This document shows, piece by piece, positions 29,342 to 40,203 of a stretch of 64,000 nucleotides of DNA. Every line of letters starts with the position of its first letter. Positions within the stretch are counted from its first letter, which is position 1. This stretch comes from Escherichia phage AV124. The stretch is from the sequence record OR352954; one strand, given 5' to 3'. The translations under genes and the position numbers were made by a program. A model generated the notes under the pieces. It searched no databases and was not told the origin of the DNA. It saw nothing but the letters and a program-made list of their open reading frames with translations.

Positions 29342-30043
29342 TTATTGGTTTGGGGCATCAGTATTGTTCTGACCACCATCATCTGTCCAAGTATAGTGAT
29401 GTGTATGGCGAATAAAATAATCATAAAAATCATTCATGTTGACACCACGCGCAGTAATAATATTGCCATCAGGGGTAACTTGAGCGCCATTCATCTTAAT
29501 CGTACCACCAGATTCTGCTGTCAGGTTTGCCGCTCCATTATCGAATTTGAAATTCCCAGATTGGTCAACCACTAATTTACCTACTGGCGTCTCCAGTGTG
29601 AAATCACCAGCAGGCGTCATTGAGAAATGCACCTTGTCGTTCCAAAGTTCAACATTGTCTGGATCTATGGTCATGGCATTCCCATCGCTGTGAACACCAA
29701 TTATTGCCCACCCTGGGAACATATTATGAGTTGTCTGGTCATTATTATCATTCTCATTTCTTTCTGAGAAGCTTAGACCCACAATATCACCAGGCTTCAC
29801 AGGAAGCGTTAGGCGGGCTTTTCCTCCATTACCTGAAGGCATTGATAGAGGAACATCAAAAACAGAACCATAGGCATCCACGGTGCCATCTGGGAAGTTT
29901 GTACTTGCAAGGGGTTGAACTGTTGCAGATGGGATGCTATAGTCTACATCAACTACCTTTGCCCTTAGCCCTGTGTGAATATCTCTGGCCTGTTTCGCAA
30001 ACCATTGATTAAGGGCTGCATCCATACGAGTTATTGCTGCCAT
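29342..30043 (-). CDS. baseplate central spike-like protein
   Basis: Start at ATG 30043 with RBS GGAGGG; C-terminal His cluster RHTHHY reminiscent of spike-tip metal sites. Confidence 0.4.
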   Translation of the reverse strand: MAAITRMDAALNQWFAKQARDIHTGLRAKVVDVDYSIPSATVQPLASTNFPDGTVDAYGSVFDVPLSMPSGNGGKARLTLPVKPGDIVGLSFSERNENDNNDQTTHNMFPGWAIIGVHSDGNAMTIDPDNVELWNDKVHFSMTPAGDFTLETPVGKLVVDQSGNFKFDNGAANLTAESGGTIKMNGAQVTPDGNIITARGVNMNDFYDYFIRHTHHYTWTDDGGQNNTDAPNQ

Positions 30044-31032
30044 TAGCCCTCCACAATTCCACCACGGGTTTCTGCAAGTCCTAACTCTGTGATCCAATCC
30101 CCACCTTCGAGCTGGCCTTTGTGAGTTAAGTATACAACCTTGTAAAAACCTGTATATTTCTGGCTCTTTAAAAATACCGTTGATTCTGGTATGATAGCGC
30201 CATTCATTTCTGTTACCACCACCAACCCAGCGTCTTCTTTTATCTCTGCGGAAGTAGGTTCATGAGGCTTAGAGGATTTTCTCTTAGACTTCGCCTTTTT
30301 TTCCTGTCTCCTCTTTGCAGGCTCGGGGTTCTGTGGCGTTGGAGAATCATGCATACCAGATTCAGCGCTGATCTCAAAAACTGCCCTTTGAAATCTTTTC
30401 CCTTGCGTTGTCCAGTATACAGCCCCATCTTGAACACTGAAAGTAGACCCTGTATTCTTGGCTAATCTCTCCAGGTTATTTGCGGCGAGACCCGTAAAGG
30501 ACATAGAGTGCTGAAGCGTCTGGTCTCCAAACTTGACGATTTTACCAACAGGGAGCTTCATATCAGAAGCGAGATCACTAATTACCGTATCTATTGGCGT
30601 ACCTTTCTTATAAGAGCGGGAGGTCTTTGCCGTTTTAATGTTTACTGTCGCATCACCGAGGATCATCTTTGTCTGACGGGTATTGCCGTCCCACTTATCC
30701 TGAACAAACTCTACGGTCCCAGAAAAGATAGTCTGATTCTCACCATCAAACCCGGCCTCAAGAACGATAGCAATGGACTCTCGTTGGTTAGCATCGAGGT
30801 AGCTCACCGTCTCATCGGAGAGGTTGTAGATGGTAACATACCCTTTATTAGGCTCCTTCGAGTTGTCTTTTTTGACCTCGAACTCGATGTTTGCGGCACC
30901 AGTTTCATTACTGATATAATACGCATCTTTGGCGTTCTGATTAGTGTAATCTGAGATATTGGTAGGCTTTTCACCAACATACACTGGTTTGCCTATCGTT
31001 AGCTTATAGGTTCTTGTTCTGTAAGCAGGCAT
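30043..31032 (-). CDS. baseplate / tail structural protein (329 aa)
   Basis: RBS GAGGAG; position in tail module. Confidence 0.45.
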   Translation of the reverse strand: MPAYRTRTYKLTIGKPVYVGEKPTNISDYTNQNAKDAYYISNETGAANIEFEVKKDNSKEPNKGYVTIYNLSDETVSYLDANQRESIAIVLEAGFDGENQTIFSGTVEFVQDKWDGNTRQTKMILGDATVNIKTAKTSRSYKKGTPIDTVISDLASDMKLPVGKIVKFGDQTLQHSMSFTGLAANNLERLAKNTGSTFSVQDGAVYWTTQGKRFQRAVFEISAESGMHDSPTPQNPEPAKRRQEKKAKSKRKSSKPHEPTSAEIKEDAGLVVVTEMNGAIIPESTVFLKSQKYTGFYKVVYLTHKGQLEGGDWITELGLAETRGGIVEG

Positions 31033-31035
31033 TGT

Positions 31036-31389
31036 TTACTCCTCAGCGGTCGTTACCTCATCATCAGGAGACGAGTAAAGTAGTTGCAAGTCTGACAAAA
31101 ATCCAATATTGTATCTCCCTACACGTTTAGTTGATTGAGTAAAAGAAAATACTCTCAACTGACCATCGGGAATATTGTCAAGATATTTGAAAGGCGCGAA
31201 TATATCGAAAATTGTAGTTAATTTGAAAGATATTGTAGGTTCAGAACCAACATCCCCGAAATAGACAAGCCAAGACTCATCTCTTTCGTTCCATTGAAAA
31301 CGCATTTCATAAGTTTGGCTATCTAGAACCACACGCATTGTCTGATCAGCAAAGCCGTCTATGTCCCAAGAAAATGTGATCGCCGCCAT
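31036..31389 (-). CDS. tail structural protein (117 aa)
   Basis: ORF in track; position. Confidence 0.45.
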   Translation of the reverse strand: MAAITFSWDIDGFADQTMRVVLDSQTYEMRFQWNERDESWLVYFGDVGSEPTISFKLTTIFDIFAPFKYLDNIPDGQLRVFSFTQSTKRVGRYNIGFLSDLQLLYSSPDDEVTTAEE

Positions 31390-32261
31390 TAGTTACCTAC
31401 CGCTTTATTATAGTCGATGATATTACCATTTTGGTCCTTGAGCTTGCCATCCGGCGTCAACGTACCAACCACCTGGTCTTGCTTGGTATAATCGCCGATA
31501 CCCATCTCATCTGCAACCTTTTGCCAACCATCTTGATTAGGACCAGCAAACTTAGTTCTCCTTGCAGTGACTTCTACTTCGTCATCTGTAGCCGAAGACT
31601 GAACAGAACCTTTCTGCTTTGTTTTCCCACCAGATTTTTTAGGGTCGGTATATACCGTGGCTAAGGCTGTCTTCCCAAGGGTAAAAGTACGGAACTCTGT
31701 AAACTCAAGTTGGAACACCAAAGCCGCCCCATCAGAATTGCTACGACTTGCTTCCAAGGAAGTCAAGATATAGTTTTCAATGATACGATCTTCCGTTACA
31801 AGCGTAACGATTTGGCGATCAGTGATGAGCCTTTCTAAAACCTCTAAGGCCTTTTCAGGACGTCGTGATTCGACAGGATTGTTAGGGTCGGTATCTTTGT
31901 CGATATAGTTGTTTTCGATCATATATAGTGGTGAGCTGTTTATTCTCGCACTAAAAGAGAATTTACCATCCTCTATTACGCCGTGATCACTGTATTTGAC
32001 CTTATTCTCTACTGCGTAGGAGGTTTTGTCAACAGTTCTTGTATACGTATGGTCTTCAACAACATCAAATAAGATCGCAATATTATCCGTATAGTTTTTA
32101 TTTTTTAATTCTACATTCCTTCCGCCATTATTAAGGCCGCTAGCAAACAACGTATATTGAACTTCACTACTGGCATTCTGAGCCGTAGAGATCTTTTGCT
32201 CAACGTTTGCTGTAGCCTTACCTTGTTGCGGTTTGGACTGGTTGCTTGCTACAACTGCCAT
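31389..32261 (-). CDS. tail structural protein (290 aa)
   Basis: ORF in track; position downstream of tape measure. Confidence 0.45.
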   Translation of the reverse strand: MAVVASNQSKPQQGKATANVEQKISTAQNASSEVQYTLFASGLNNGGRNVELKNKNYTDNIAILFDVVEDHTYTRTVDKTSYAVENKVKYSDHGVIEDGKFSFSARINSSPLYMIENNYIDKDTDPNNPVESRRPEKALEVLERLITDRQIVTLVTEDRIIENYILTSLEASRSNSDGAALVFQLEFTEFRTFTLGKTALATVYTDPKKSGGKTKQKGSVQSSATDDEVEVTARRTKFAGPNQDGWQKVADEMGIGDYTKQDQVVGTLTPDGKLKDQNGNIIDYNKAVGN

Positions 32262-32342
32262 AAAACCTCCTCAATAAGCTTGTTATGATTTTATCATAAA
32301 TCTTCAAATAAAACAACGAAAAAGGGGCCGAAGCCCCTTGTG

Positions 32343-34754
32343 TTAATCTGGGACACCAAGGATTAAATTGATGTTGCCCATATTCGATGCTTCGATCTGT
32401 TGGTCAATCATATCCTTCAGCTCTCCGGCATCCAGTTTGATAGTTATCTCACCAGAGACAGGCTCTGTCGGAATAACCATAGGCGGGGCAGCAGAAGACT
32501 TACCATTCGCCCCAGGCATCTGATTGTTCAGATAATCTAGGGTTGCCTTATCAGGCCCCCAGAGGTTAGAGAACCAGCTTCCTGTTTTTCCACTGACAAT
32601 GCTATCATGCACATTGGAGAACACTTTACCACGCTCTTCGTTGAAGTCGCTGTACGGATTATATCTGTCGTTAAGTTCAGATCCTAAAGTGAACAGGGAC
32701 AGCAGTCCACCTAAGGAACCTGCCCCTTTAAAGAACTTACCTACACGAGAGAATCTACCACCCTTAGCAGGGCCAGCTCCGCCACCACCTTCGCCACCTT
32801 TAGGCGTAGCTCCATCACCTTTACCAAAAACAGCACCAATACTCTTGATCGCCCCAGCAAGGCCTGCGATCTTAGCGAGGATGTTGAACACCCTGACCAG
32901 AGATGTTGCAAAGAATATAGCACCTATTCCCCAGCCTACCCAGTTCCATGTCTTAGAAATATCTTCCCCATTCTTTCTGAATATGGGAATATATCTTTCT
33001 AAGATCGCATTAACCATCGTAAAGGCATTATACAGAGCATAAGGTATCTTCATAAACCCGTCTATGAATCCTGCGACAAACTGCCCCACAGCTGCGGCGA
33101 GTGGACCATTAGAGTCCAAGATCTTGGCAAGGTTATTAAATGTCTCTGTCATCTTATCACCAAAACCAGATTCGAAGATCTTGTTCTGGAAGTTCATCCA
33201 AGTCTGGGTAAGGCGTTGCATAGCAACCCGGTTACCTTGTAAAGCTTTCTGTAGTGCTCCACCCTTGTTAGCAGCTTCAGCATAGTATTTAGCAACGAAC
33301 GGAAGCACTTTAGCAGCCTTCAGCTCACCCTTCTGCATCATATCCATCAATTTAGTAACGTCGATGGTGGAGTCGTTAAAAGCTTCTTGCGATGCCTTTA
33401 TGAACACCTGTAATGATCCGGGGATACCTTCAGCAAGCTGTTGCTTAAGTTCTTCAGCCATGATCTGGCCTTTACCCATCATCTGTTGAATAGCTGTAAT
33501 ACCGCGTTGGTATTTTACAGGGTCAACCTGAAGGGCAGTTGCATACTCAGAGAATGACTTGAAGAGTTGGTCGTTTTGTGATTTAGTAAGCACACCGTTT
33601 GCTGCGATAGACATTTGTGTGTAACCCTGGGCCGCTACCTTAAGGTCGAGACCTAAACGATACGCCTGGTTTCTCACAAATTCAATACGCTTACCAGCCT
33701 CTGCGGAGTCATCGGATACCATCAGCATTGTTGCTTCCATACCCTGGAAGAACTGACCCGTTTTCAGAACACTTGCAGCGGCATTAAACGCCCCGTATGC
33801 TGCTGTAACGCTGATCAATGTGCTACGTAAAGTTCTCAGACCATCATTCAGGGAAAGAGTATTAGCGCTGGCCTTACGAAGTCCAGTTTCCATAGAGGCA
33901 AGTTCTGCACGGAAATTTGATGCCTTCATGTTCCCGCTCTTCATATAGCGGTTGACTAAAGAATCATACCCCGGCATCTTTCTTGCATATTTGTCACCAT
34001 ACTTGGCACGAAGACGAACGTTGGCGTTAGAGATTGTGCTGATCTTCGCTTCACGCGCTCTTGCTCTTCTCCCTGCCTCGCGCTCTTCATCGCGAATCAT
34101 TTTCTCTCTGGCTTTATTGTCAGCCTTGTCCTGTTTTACTTGTTCTCGGCGTATTCTCGCATGGCCACGTTCCATTGCCTTGCGTTGCTGTTCAGCAACT
34201 TTCGGGTCATAAGCCGTAGCATTTGCATTGAGAATCGGAGATCCCCAGCCCTGAGAACCTTTATTTTTTAGACTCTCTTCATATGCTGCCATGCGAGCGG
34301 CAGCGATAGAAGGATTCGTACCATACGTACCATTCTTAGCCGCAAGCTTTTCTTGTTGACGCAGTTGAGCCTTTAAAGCATTATAGTTTGCCTGAGATTC
34401 TGGAGACCGTCCAGCCGTTAATCTCGATACGGCTGCTTTTCTCCTGGCTTTTTCTATCTTATCAATGGCCTCTCTTGCACGAGCTTCCTTTTTAGCCATC
34501 GCGATGTTATGTGCGGTAGTTTTTGCTGCTTCAGCTCGTTCTACTTGATTGAGACGCTTGTTTACCATCCTTGCTTGCATGGCAGAACGTTTAAGAGCAG
34601 CAGCGGGATCGGCTTTAGCAGAAGAAAAAGCTTTCCCGGTCTTTTCCCATTCGGAGCGAATTTGCTTTACAGCCTTCAAGGCGCGTCCAAAGGACGTTTT
34701 GTCAACGTCCCATGTGACCTTGTTGACTGTAGAAGTCACTATAATATTTGCCAT
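32343..34754 (-). CDS. tail tape measure protein (803 aa)
   Basis: Ala/Lys/Arg-rich coiled-coil N-terminal half, Gly-rich C-terminal segment; RBS GAGGAAA; downstream of the chaperone. Confidence 0.75.
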   Translation of the reverse strand: MANIIVTSTVNKVTWDVDKTSFGRALKAVKQIRSEWEKTGKAFSSAKADPAAALKRSAMQARMVNKRLNQVERAEAAKTTAHNIAMAKKEARAREAIDKIEKARRKAAVSRLTAGRSPESQANYNALKAQLRQQEKLAAKNGTYGTNPSIAAARMAAYEESLKNKGSQGWGSPILNANATAYDPKVAEQQRKAMERGHARIRREQVKQDKADNKAREKMIRDEEREAGRRARAREAKISTISNANVRLRAKYGDKYARKMPGYDSLVNRYMKSGNMKASNFRAELASMETGLRKASANTLSLNDGLRTLRSTLISVTAAYGAFNAAASVLKTGQFFQGMEATMLMVSDDSAEAGKRIEFVRNQAYRLGLDLKVAAQGYTQMSIAANGVLTKSQNDQLFKSFSEYATALQVDPVKYQRGITAIQQMMGKGQIMAEELKQQLAEGIPGSLQVFIKASQEAFNDSTIDVTKLMDMMQKGELKAAKVLPFVAKYYAEAANKGGALQKALQGNRVAMQRLTQTWMNFQNKIFESGFGDKMTETFNNLAKILDSNGPLAAAVGQFVAGFIDGFMKIPYALYNAFTMVNAILERYIPIFRKNGEDISKTWNWVGWGIGAIFFATSLVRVFNILAKIAGLAGAIKSIGAVFGKGDGATPKGGEGGGGAGPAKGGRFSRVGKFFKGAGSLGGLLSLFTLGSELNDRYNPYSDFNEERGKVFSNVHDSIVSGKTGSWFSNLWGPDKATLDYLNNQMPGANGKSSAAPPMVIPTEPVSGEITIKLDAGELKDMIDQQIEASNMGNINLILGVPD

Positions 34755-34804
34755 AATTTCCTCAATAAAAAAGCCAGGCTCCTGAAAAGGAACCTGGCTT
34801 GAGA

Positions 34805-35082
34805 TTAACCTCTTCTGCCTTTGCTTCGGGGTTTAGCTGCTTCGGCGTCTGCTCTCGATTTCTCTTCTTTCTCATTAACATCGTTGATGAAATCTTCGAC
34901 ATCGAGATATTCGTTTAGCTTAAGCAAATATTCCATATCGGCAGACTCAAGGGAGATATAAGATTCTCCCTTAAAGTTCTTCAGAGCACGGCACCAGAGA
35001 TAGTCGAACCACGTCAGGGAACTATTTTTTCTTGCATAATCAATAGCTCTTTGGACGACTTTAGAAATTTTGGACGGTGTTA
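34805..35082 (-). other. -1 frame extension of tail assembly chaperone (putative programmed frameshift product)
   Basis: The -1 frame stays open from inside the chaperone gene for about 90 further codons with no start codon of its own, filling the gap to the tape measure gene. Confidence 0.35.
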
Positions 35083-35559
35083 TTCCGCTGCCACTTCCGT
35101 CGGTTCCTGATCCACCGTCGCTACTTGGTGAACCATCCCGAAGTTGCCCAGAAGTCCCTGAAGGTCTGCGAAACCGTCTTTCGTGAAAAAACAGCCGTAG
35201 TTAATCTTCAGAACCTCCGCTACCAATTTGATCAGATCCAACATCTTGTCCTGGAAGATTGTATCAATATCAATCTTGCCAGCCATTCCGTTCACAGACA
35301 CATCTTCAAGGATGAGGTCGAATAATTTTTCGATATCATCTTGCTCCATCTGCTCAAACAGGTATAGAATTGCGGTAGGTAGTGCTTCAGAGAGGTTAGA
35401 CCCTCCGGTAAACAATGCACCACTAATAGTAGCCATTGGAACTGCGATATAACGACCAATCTTAGGAAGGTTTTTCATAACCTTGGACGGAGACCAGTGT
35501 GTGATTACAAAGTTCTTACCAGCCAGATCGATTTCTGTGGTAGGTCTAAAATTCATCAT
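35080..35559 (-). CDS. tail assembly chaperone (159 aa)
   Basis: Start at ATG 35559 with RBS AGGAG; lies between tube and tape measure as in contractile-tail modules. Confidence 0.5.
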   Translation of the reverse strand: MMNFRPTTEIDLAGKNFVITHWSPSKVMKNLPKIGRYIAVPMATISGALFTGGSNLSEALPTAILYLFEQMEQDDIEKLFDLILEDVSVNGMAGKIDIDTIFQDKMLDLIKLVAEVLKINYGCFFTKDGFADLQGLLGNFGMVHQVATVDQEPTEVAAE

Positions 35560-35640
35560 GTGTACGCTCCTGCGTCTTTTAAAGTGTGGATATCCATGCG
35601 TGTTTGAAAAGGCCACATCCTTGTGGCACACGAAACGCTA

Positions 35641-36114
35641 TTAGATGATACCTGCAAGGCCAGCCAGACCGAAGCCTGTAGCGTACAGAGTATCTGGGCT
35701 TAACCATGCGTCCAGGATTCCGATTTCCCAGTCCATTTGGCCTACTTCAGTACCGTAGGTCAGGTCAGGCTGTTTCTGAATCCAACCAACTGTGCTCAGA
35801 CCCATACCCTGGGAGCCTTCAAGAAGGACAGGGAAGAAAATCAGACCAGTGATGGAAGCTTGTTTCTGCCAGTTAGCCAAGTACCCGTTCCATACCGAAG
35901 TGTTCTGTAGAGAGACAGTCAGGACACCAGATTGGTTACGAGACAGCGCTGCTGACAGTTCACCATCAACCCCCATGTGGGGGATGATGTTATCTTCGTT
36001 GCGAGCAACGACGATCTTGGTATCCGCTGCGAACCCAGTGACGCGCTGAGTCATCATATAGAGACGCGCTTTCTGTGGGTCGTAGGCATACGGGGTTAAA
36101 ATTCTTGTATCCAT
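35641..36114 (-). CDS. tail tube protein (157 aa)
   Basis: Size and position directly downstream of sheath gene; RBS AGGAGTG. Confidence 0.55.
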   Translation of the reverse strand: MDTRILTPYAYDPQKARLYMMTQRVTGFAADTKIVVARNEDNIIPHMGVDGELSAALSRNQSGVLTVSLQNTSVWNGYLANWQKQASITGLIFFPVLLEGSQGMGLSTVGWIQKQPDLTYGTEVGQMDWEIGILDAWLSPDTLYATGFGLAGLAGII

Positions 36115-36117
36115 TTA

Positions 36118-37614
36118 TTACACTCCTGCTGTTACTTGTCCGCTGGAAGAAGTAGACCCGGTTTTGTCTAGCAGAACAGAGATGCGAATCTTGACGAAAT
36201 GCAAGGAACTGTTGTAGACTAACTCTACCTTAACATTGTTAAGGGTACGAGATGCAAGGTCGTTAGATGGGATGCTTGCACGAAGCGGAATTGTTACAAC
36301 CGGATCGTAGAACACCTTGTTGACGGAATCATATCCGGTCAAAATAGACCCATTAGTGATACCGACGTTCAGAGGACTGTTCATCAGGACTGCTTTTAGG
36401 TTCGGCATATCATCATCGCTCATCTTCATGGAAAGGCCAAGATTAGAACGGCGAGACATATATGCGAAGATACTCTCTTCACTTCTGAATTTCAGCCAGT
36501 GTCCGAAACGAACTACGTCAACATACTGACCGGAAGCACACTTACCTTCCCAGAATGCACCAACACCATTAATCATACGATAGAAGTTCAGGTTCTGTCC
36601 CCAAATTGTTGGGCGATCGGAAGAACTGAGTGTTGGAGCAACTACGCCAGGCATTGTCTTCAGGTGAATAGAATCACCATATGAAGGATCATTAGAAGCC
36701 ATAGCCCCTATGATTCCTCCTTCGGAGAATGCACTATCCGCAAGAGGGTCGTACATACCAATACTGGTATCATATTGGAGAGCTTTTAGCTGATTAGCGA
36801 TAGAATTGCCATCAACAACCAAGGATAGTTGGTCAGCTGTTGAATATACATGCAGCTTATAATTAGCAGATGCATAAGCGGCTGCACCAAGAATCGCAGA
36901 TGCAATATGTTGCTCTGTACTCAGGAAATACCAGTTGTTATTTGCGGTTTCAATCTCCGGGAGAATTCCGCTAACTGTTTCCGTAGAGGTATTTGTAAGT
37001 GTACAATTACCATAATCGATACCGATGCTGAATGGCTCGCCGATAACATCAGAAGATGTTGCCATAATGCCCTGGTCAGATTCGGTTGTAACCACCTCGT
37101 CATTGTTAGTCGCCAGCAGAGAGCCGTCGCCTTTCGGGGTGATTGTTACAACACCAGCGGTAGCTACTGCACCGACAATTACGTTAAGCGTGGTATCAGA
37201 GTTGATTGCAGATGCTAGGGCTGTTGCAATACTGTCTGGCGTAGATGCGGCAGTAACAGGAATAACGATGCTTTTAGTATATGCGCCTGCTGCAACGTTG
37301 AAACTTACCGGGTTATTAGGATCTACGTTTGTCTGCCCTGTGAAATTGATAACTGTTGATTCCCATGCTTGTCTTCCGATCATAAGCGCTTGGGGGCGGA
37401 AAGTCCCAGCAAAGGCTTTTGTCGCAAAAGTATACGCAGGGGAACCTACAGCGAAACCATCCGCAGCGAGTTCATCCAGATCTGTATATGTACGTACTCG
37501 TTCTGGGAAAACGTTGTGAATTGCGATAAATAGAGGGGTTTCAAACCCTACGGTGTCGATTGGTTGTGTCCCGAGAACAACCGTTACGTCAACAACCTTA
37601 TCATTATAAGCCAT
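36118..37614 (-). CDS. tail sheath protein (498 aa)
   Basis: Size, composition and position upstream of tube; RBS GAGGAAA. Confidence 0.6.
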   Translation of the reverse strand: MAYNDKVVDVTVVLGTQPIDTVGFETPLFIAIHNVFPERVRTYTDLDELAADGFAVGSPAYTFATKAFAGTFRPQALMIGRQAWESTVINFTGQTNVDPNNPVSFNVAAGAYTKSIVIPVTAASTPDSIATALASAINSDTTLNVIVGAVATAGVVTITPKGDGSLLATNNDEVVTTESDQGIMATSSDVIGEPFSIGIDYGNCTLTNTSTETVSGILPEIETANNNWYFLSTEQHIASAILGAAAYASANYKLHVYSTADQLSLVVDGNSIANQLKALQYDTSIGMYDPLADSAFSEGGIIGAMASNDPSYGDSIHLKTMPGVVAPTLSSSDRPTIWGQNLNFYRMINGVGAFWEGKCASGQYVDVVRFGHWLKFRSEESIFAYMSRRSNLGLSMKMSDDDMPNLKAVLMNSPLNVGITNGSILTGYDSVNKVFYDPVVTIPLRASIPSNDLASRTLNNVKVELVYNSSLHFVKIRISVLLDKTGSTSSSGQVTAGV

Positions 37615-37646
37615 TGATTTCCTCTTCTTCTATTTCTTTCATAAAG

Positions 37647-38192
37647 TTATTGTTGATCATCTGGAGCCGGATAGTAATAAACCATCTCTGCATTCACCCT
37701 TTCGATATCCTCGAAGGCCCCTGTATCTGTCACGCCAACGCAGACGTTAAACGTGATAAGTACAGTTGCACGGTTTTCGAAGGTTTGCATGTTCAACGGA
37801 ACTCTCTGGCGCGATACCGTTGAGGAAGAAGAATATGCAAATGGGGAATTGGTTGGAAAATACTTGTCGCAGATGTAGGGGAGGCTCAAGGCCTGTAGAA
37901 TCCGAGTTAATGCATTTGATGCTTTTCCTCGAAATGCTGTCAGGTTGTAAACCACCTCGTAGTTGTGAGTTATTACAGCGTTACCGCTCTCATCTACCCA
38001 CTCGTTCGCAGCCCAGTCCATCTGGTCAGCGGTAACTTGGTTGAGCATGATGAACTCACCCTCTACCTTGGATATGACGTCTCCGTCCCCGTCAATTATT
38101 TTTCTCCCCGTGACTTCTTTGCAAAATCTGGCGAGCGTAACTGCGAGGGCGTCAAAAATATCATCGGAGTTTGTTACGAAGTCTGCCATCAT
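37647..38192 (-). CDS. head-tail joining / tail completion protein (181 aa)
   Basis: Position between capsid and tail modules. Confidence 0.4.
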   Translation of the reverse strand: MMADFVTNSDDIFDALAVTLARFCKEVTGRKIIDGDGDVISKVEGEFIMLNQVTADQMDWAANEWVDESGNAVITHNYEVVYNLTAFRGKASNALTRILQALSLPYICDKYFPTNSPFAYSSSSTVSRQRVPLNMQTFENRATVLITFNVCVGVTDTGAFEDIERVNAEMVYYYPAPDDQQ

Positions 38193-38626
38193 AGGCCTCC
38201 TTCTGTCCCCGCAGGCGTAGAGATCACATACGCTCTGTAACGGCTCACCCCTGTCGTCTGATACGGATCAGACTTGATAACAGTAAACCATTCCATTTCC
38301 CCACGGGAATTCATGAGCTGGATTTGATCTGCTAGCAGGAAAGAACCTTCGACAGGACCTTTAAGAAGAGTTGACGAATATACAGTGAATGAATCATACT
38401 GTCTGCCGCCAGCCTCGGTCAACTGAGAAGTGTAGTCTCTTGCTGCCTTGCCTGTCAGAGGCTGAACAACGCATTCCAAGACATCAAACTCTTCATACTG
38501 AATAGCGATCTCTTGGTTTTCGAATGGATTGTCTGGGTCTGGCTGGGAAAAAGTACGATGTCTTCCGATGAAGGTCTTTCTCGGAATCAGCTTATTCCTG
38601 CCTATTAGTCTGTAGCCTGGTGTCAT
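38189..38626 (-). CDS. head-tail joining protein (145 aa)
   Basis: Position; overlapping stop/start. Confidence 0.4.
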   Translation of the reverse strand: MTPGYRLIGRNKLIPRKTFIGRHRTFSQPDPDNPFENQEIAIQYEEFDVLECVVQPLTGKAARDYTSQLTEAGGRQYDSFTVYSSTLLKGPVEGSFLLADQIQLMNSRGEMEWFTVIKSDPYQTTGVSRYRAYVISTPAGTEGGL

Positions 38627-39096
38627 TTAGTCCCCTTCCCAGTGGAAATCTTATAGGTTGCAGATGACTTCAGGTCGCCGTAGTGGAACATGGCCTCTTT
38701 AAATCCTTTGACATCAGCCCACGCATCAGATACGATGTTATTAGGGAACAGACCACCTTCGATGACATATCTAATCTTGTCTGCACCTGCTTGACCGATT
38801 TGTTTCAGGACTGGAGTCGGGTCTTGTGCTCCCGCAGCCAATTGACCAAAGAGGTCGATCTGAAATTTTTTAAGTTCTTTCTGGAAAAGAACACCCGCGC
38901 TGGTCATGAAAGTACGAGCCGGGAGGTTATTCCAACCCTCTTGATGAATCGCTGCAAGAGTTGCAGTATTCAGGCCGGAATAGTGAGGATCGTCGAAAAA
39001 GCCGTAGCTTACCTGACGATAATCCAGCTTCTTAACCACATTAAAGAAGTTCATCAGCTGGCTAAGATCTTGCGTACTTGTGAAATTTGGTCTCAT
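38623..39096 (-). CDS. head-tail joining protein (157 aa)
   Basis: Position; overlapping stop/start. Confidence 0.4.
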   Translation of the reverse strand: MRPNFTSTQDLSQLMNFFNVVKKLDYRQVSYGFFDDPHYSGLNTATLAAIHQEGWNNLPARTFMTSAGVLFQKELKKFQIDLFGQLAAGAQDPTPVLKQIGQAGADKIRYVIEGGLFPNNIVSDAWADVKGFKEAMFHYGDLKSSATYKISTGKGTK

Positions 39097-39161
39097 GACT
39101 GCATCCGTTTAGGTATTTTACCACATTATCTTAGCAAAATCAATGATAAAGGTTTGGATAA

Positions 39162-39680
39162 TTAGTAAGGCCAACGGCGAGGGTATCGACGAGGAATTCC
39201 GGGTACTCCAGTCTGTGGAATTATGCCACCCACATCGAAAGGTCCACGGGAGTTTCTGTCGTATTTAACACGGTTGAACTCGTCTTCACGAACGCCCCCA
39301 ACGATAACAAGGCCTCTGACCGCACTTAAGCAATCATTGACATAGTCAGGGTTTTCAAGCAGCCAGTCGAGGAAGTCTTTCCAATTCTGGTAAGGAGAAC
39401 CACCTTTAATCTGGATAGTTTCATCACCAATCTTTTCAAGGCGATCCGTGATTGATGCCTCTCCTGTGTTCACTTCCTGAAGAATCAACCAACGTACCAC
39501 GTCAACAAGGGTATTGTAAATAACGTAGTAAACGGTGCATGGCGTGTTATCATCACTGGGGTAATTAGCCTTTGATTTCTCTATTGCCAAAAAGGCAAGG
39601 ATAATCTCGTCGGGTAAGACTTCCGGGGAAATGGACCCAAGGAGCAGGCGGATATAAGCAACAATTTCTTGGTCTGTCAT
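39162..39680 (-). CDS. head completion protein (172 aa)
   Basis: Position. Confidence 0.4.
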   Translation of the reverse strand: MTDQEIVAYIRLLLGSISPEVLPDEIILAFLAIEKSKANYPSDDNTPCTVYYVIYNTLVDVVRWLILQEVNTGEASITDRLEKIGDETIQIKGGSPYQNWKDFLDWLLENPDYVNDCLSAVRGLVIVGGVREDEFNRVKYDRNSRGPFDVGGIIPQTGVPGIPRRYPRRWPY

Positions 39681-39804
39681 TTTCGCTCCTTCAAGCTCTT
39701 CTATTTATCAATATCTTATCATAGAACGTCGATTTTGTCATCAAAAACACTTGACATCGTGGAACAGGGTGCTATTCTCAAAGAAAATTATTGAGGAGAA
39801 TCCC

Positions 39805-40203
39805 ATGAAAGCAGTAATAGCCGGTGTTATCACAGCCATCGTTGTCTCGGGTGGACTTATCTACTTTATGAAAACCAACCCCAATATGAACAAATTCGAC
39901 GATGTTTCTTCAAGCTGGTTGTCGGCTGAAGAAAAAACAGAGGCCATTCATCGGATTGCTGGGATGAAATGCGATACAGAATTCAGAAAGGCATTCATTC
40001 CCGGCACTCTGACGACGCAGACAGGTATGTTAGATGAGATGGAAGAACAAGAAGATAGTTTCCAAGTAATGAGAAATATGGGGATAGTGAACGGTACTGT
40101 TCTTGCAACAGGAACTTACATCTGTAAATATTATAAGGATGGCCGACAACCTTATCTTCAGGTATCTTTGAAACCGGAGGCGAGACCGCTACTAAAAAAA
40201 TAA
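39805..40203 (+). CDS. membrane-anchored protein on the opposite strand (132 aa), moron candidate
   Basis: Start ATG 39805 with RBS GAGGAGAA; N-terminal hydrophobic anchor; the only plus-strand gene inside the minus-strand structural block; TTGACA about 50 nt upstream; hairpin at its 3-prime end. Confidence 0.5.
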   Translation: MKAVIAGVITAIVVSGGLIYFMKTNPNMNKFDDVSSSWLSAEEKTEAIHRIAGMKCDTEFRKAFIPGTLTTQTGMLDEMEEQEDSFQVMRNMGIVNGTVLATGTYICKYYKDGRQPYLQVSLKPEARPLLKK

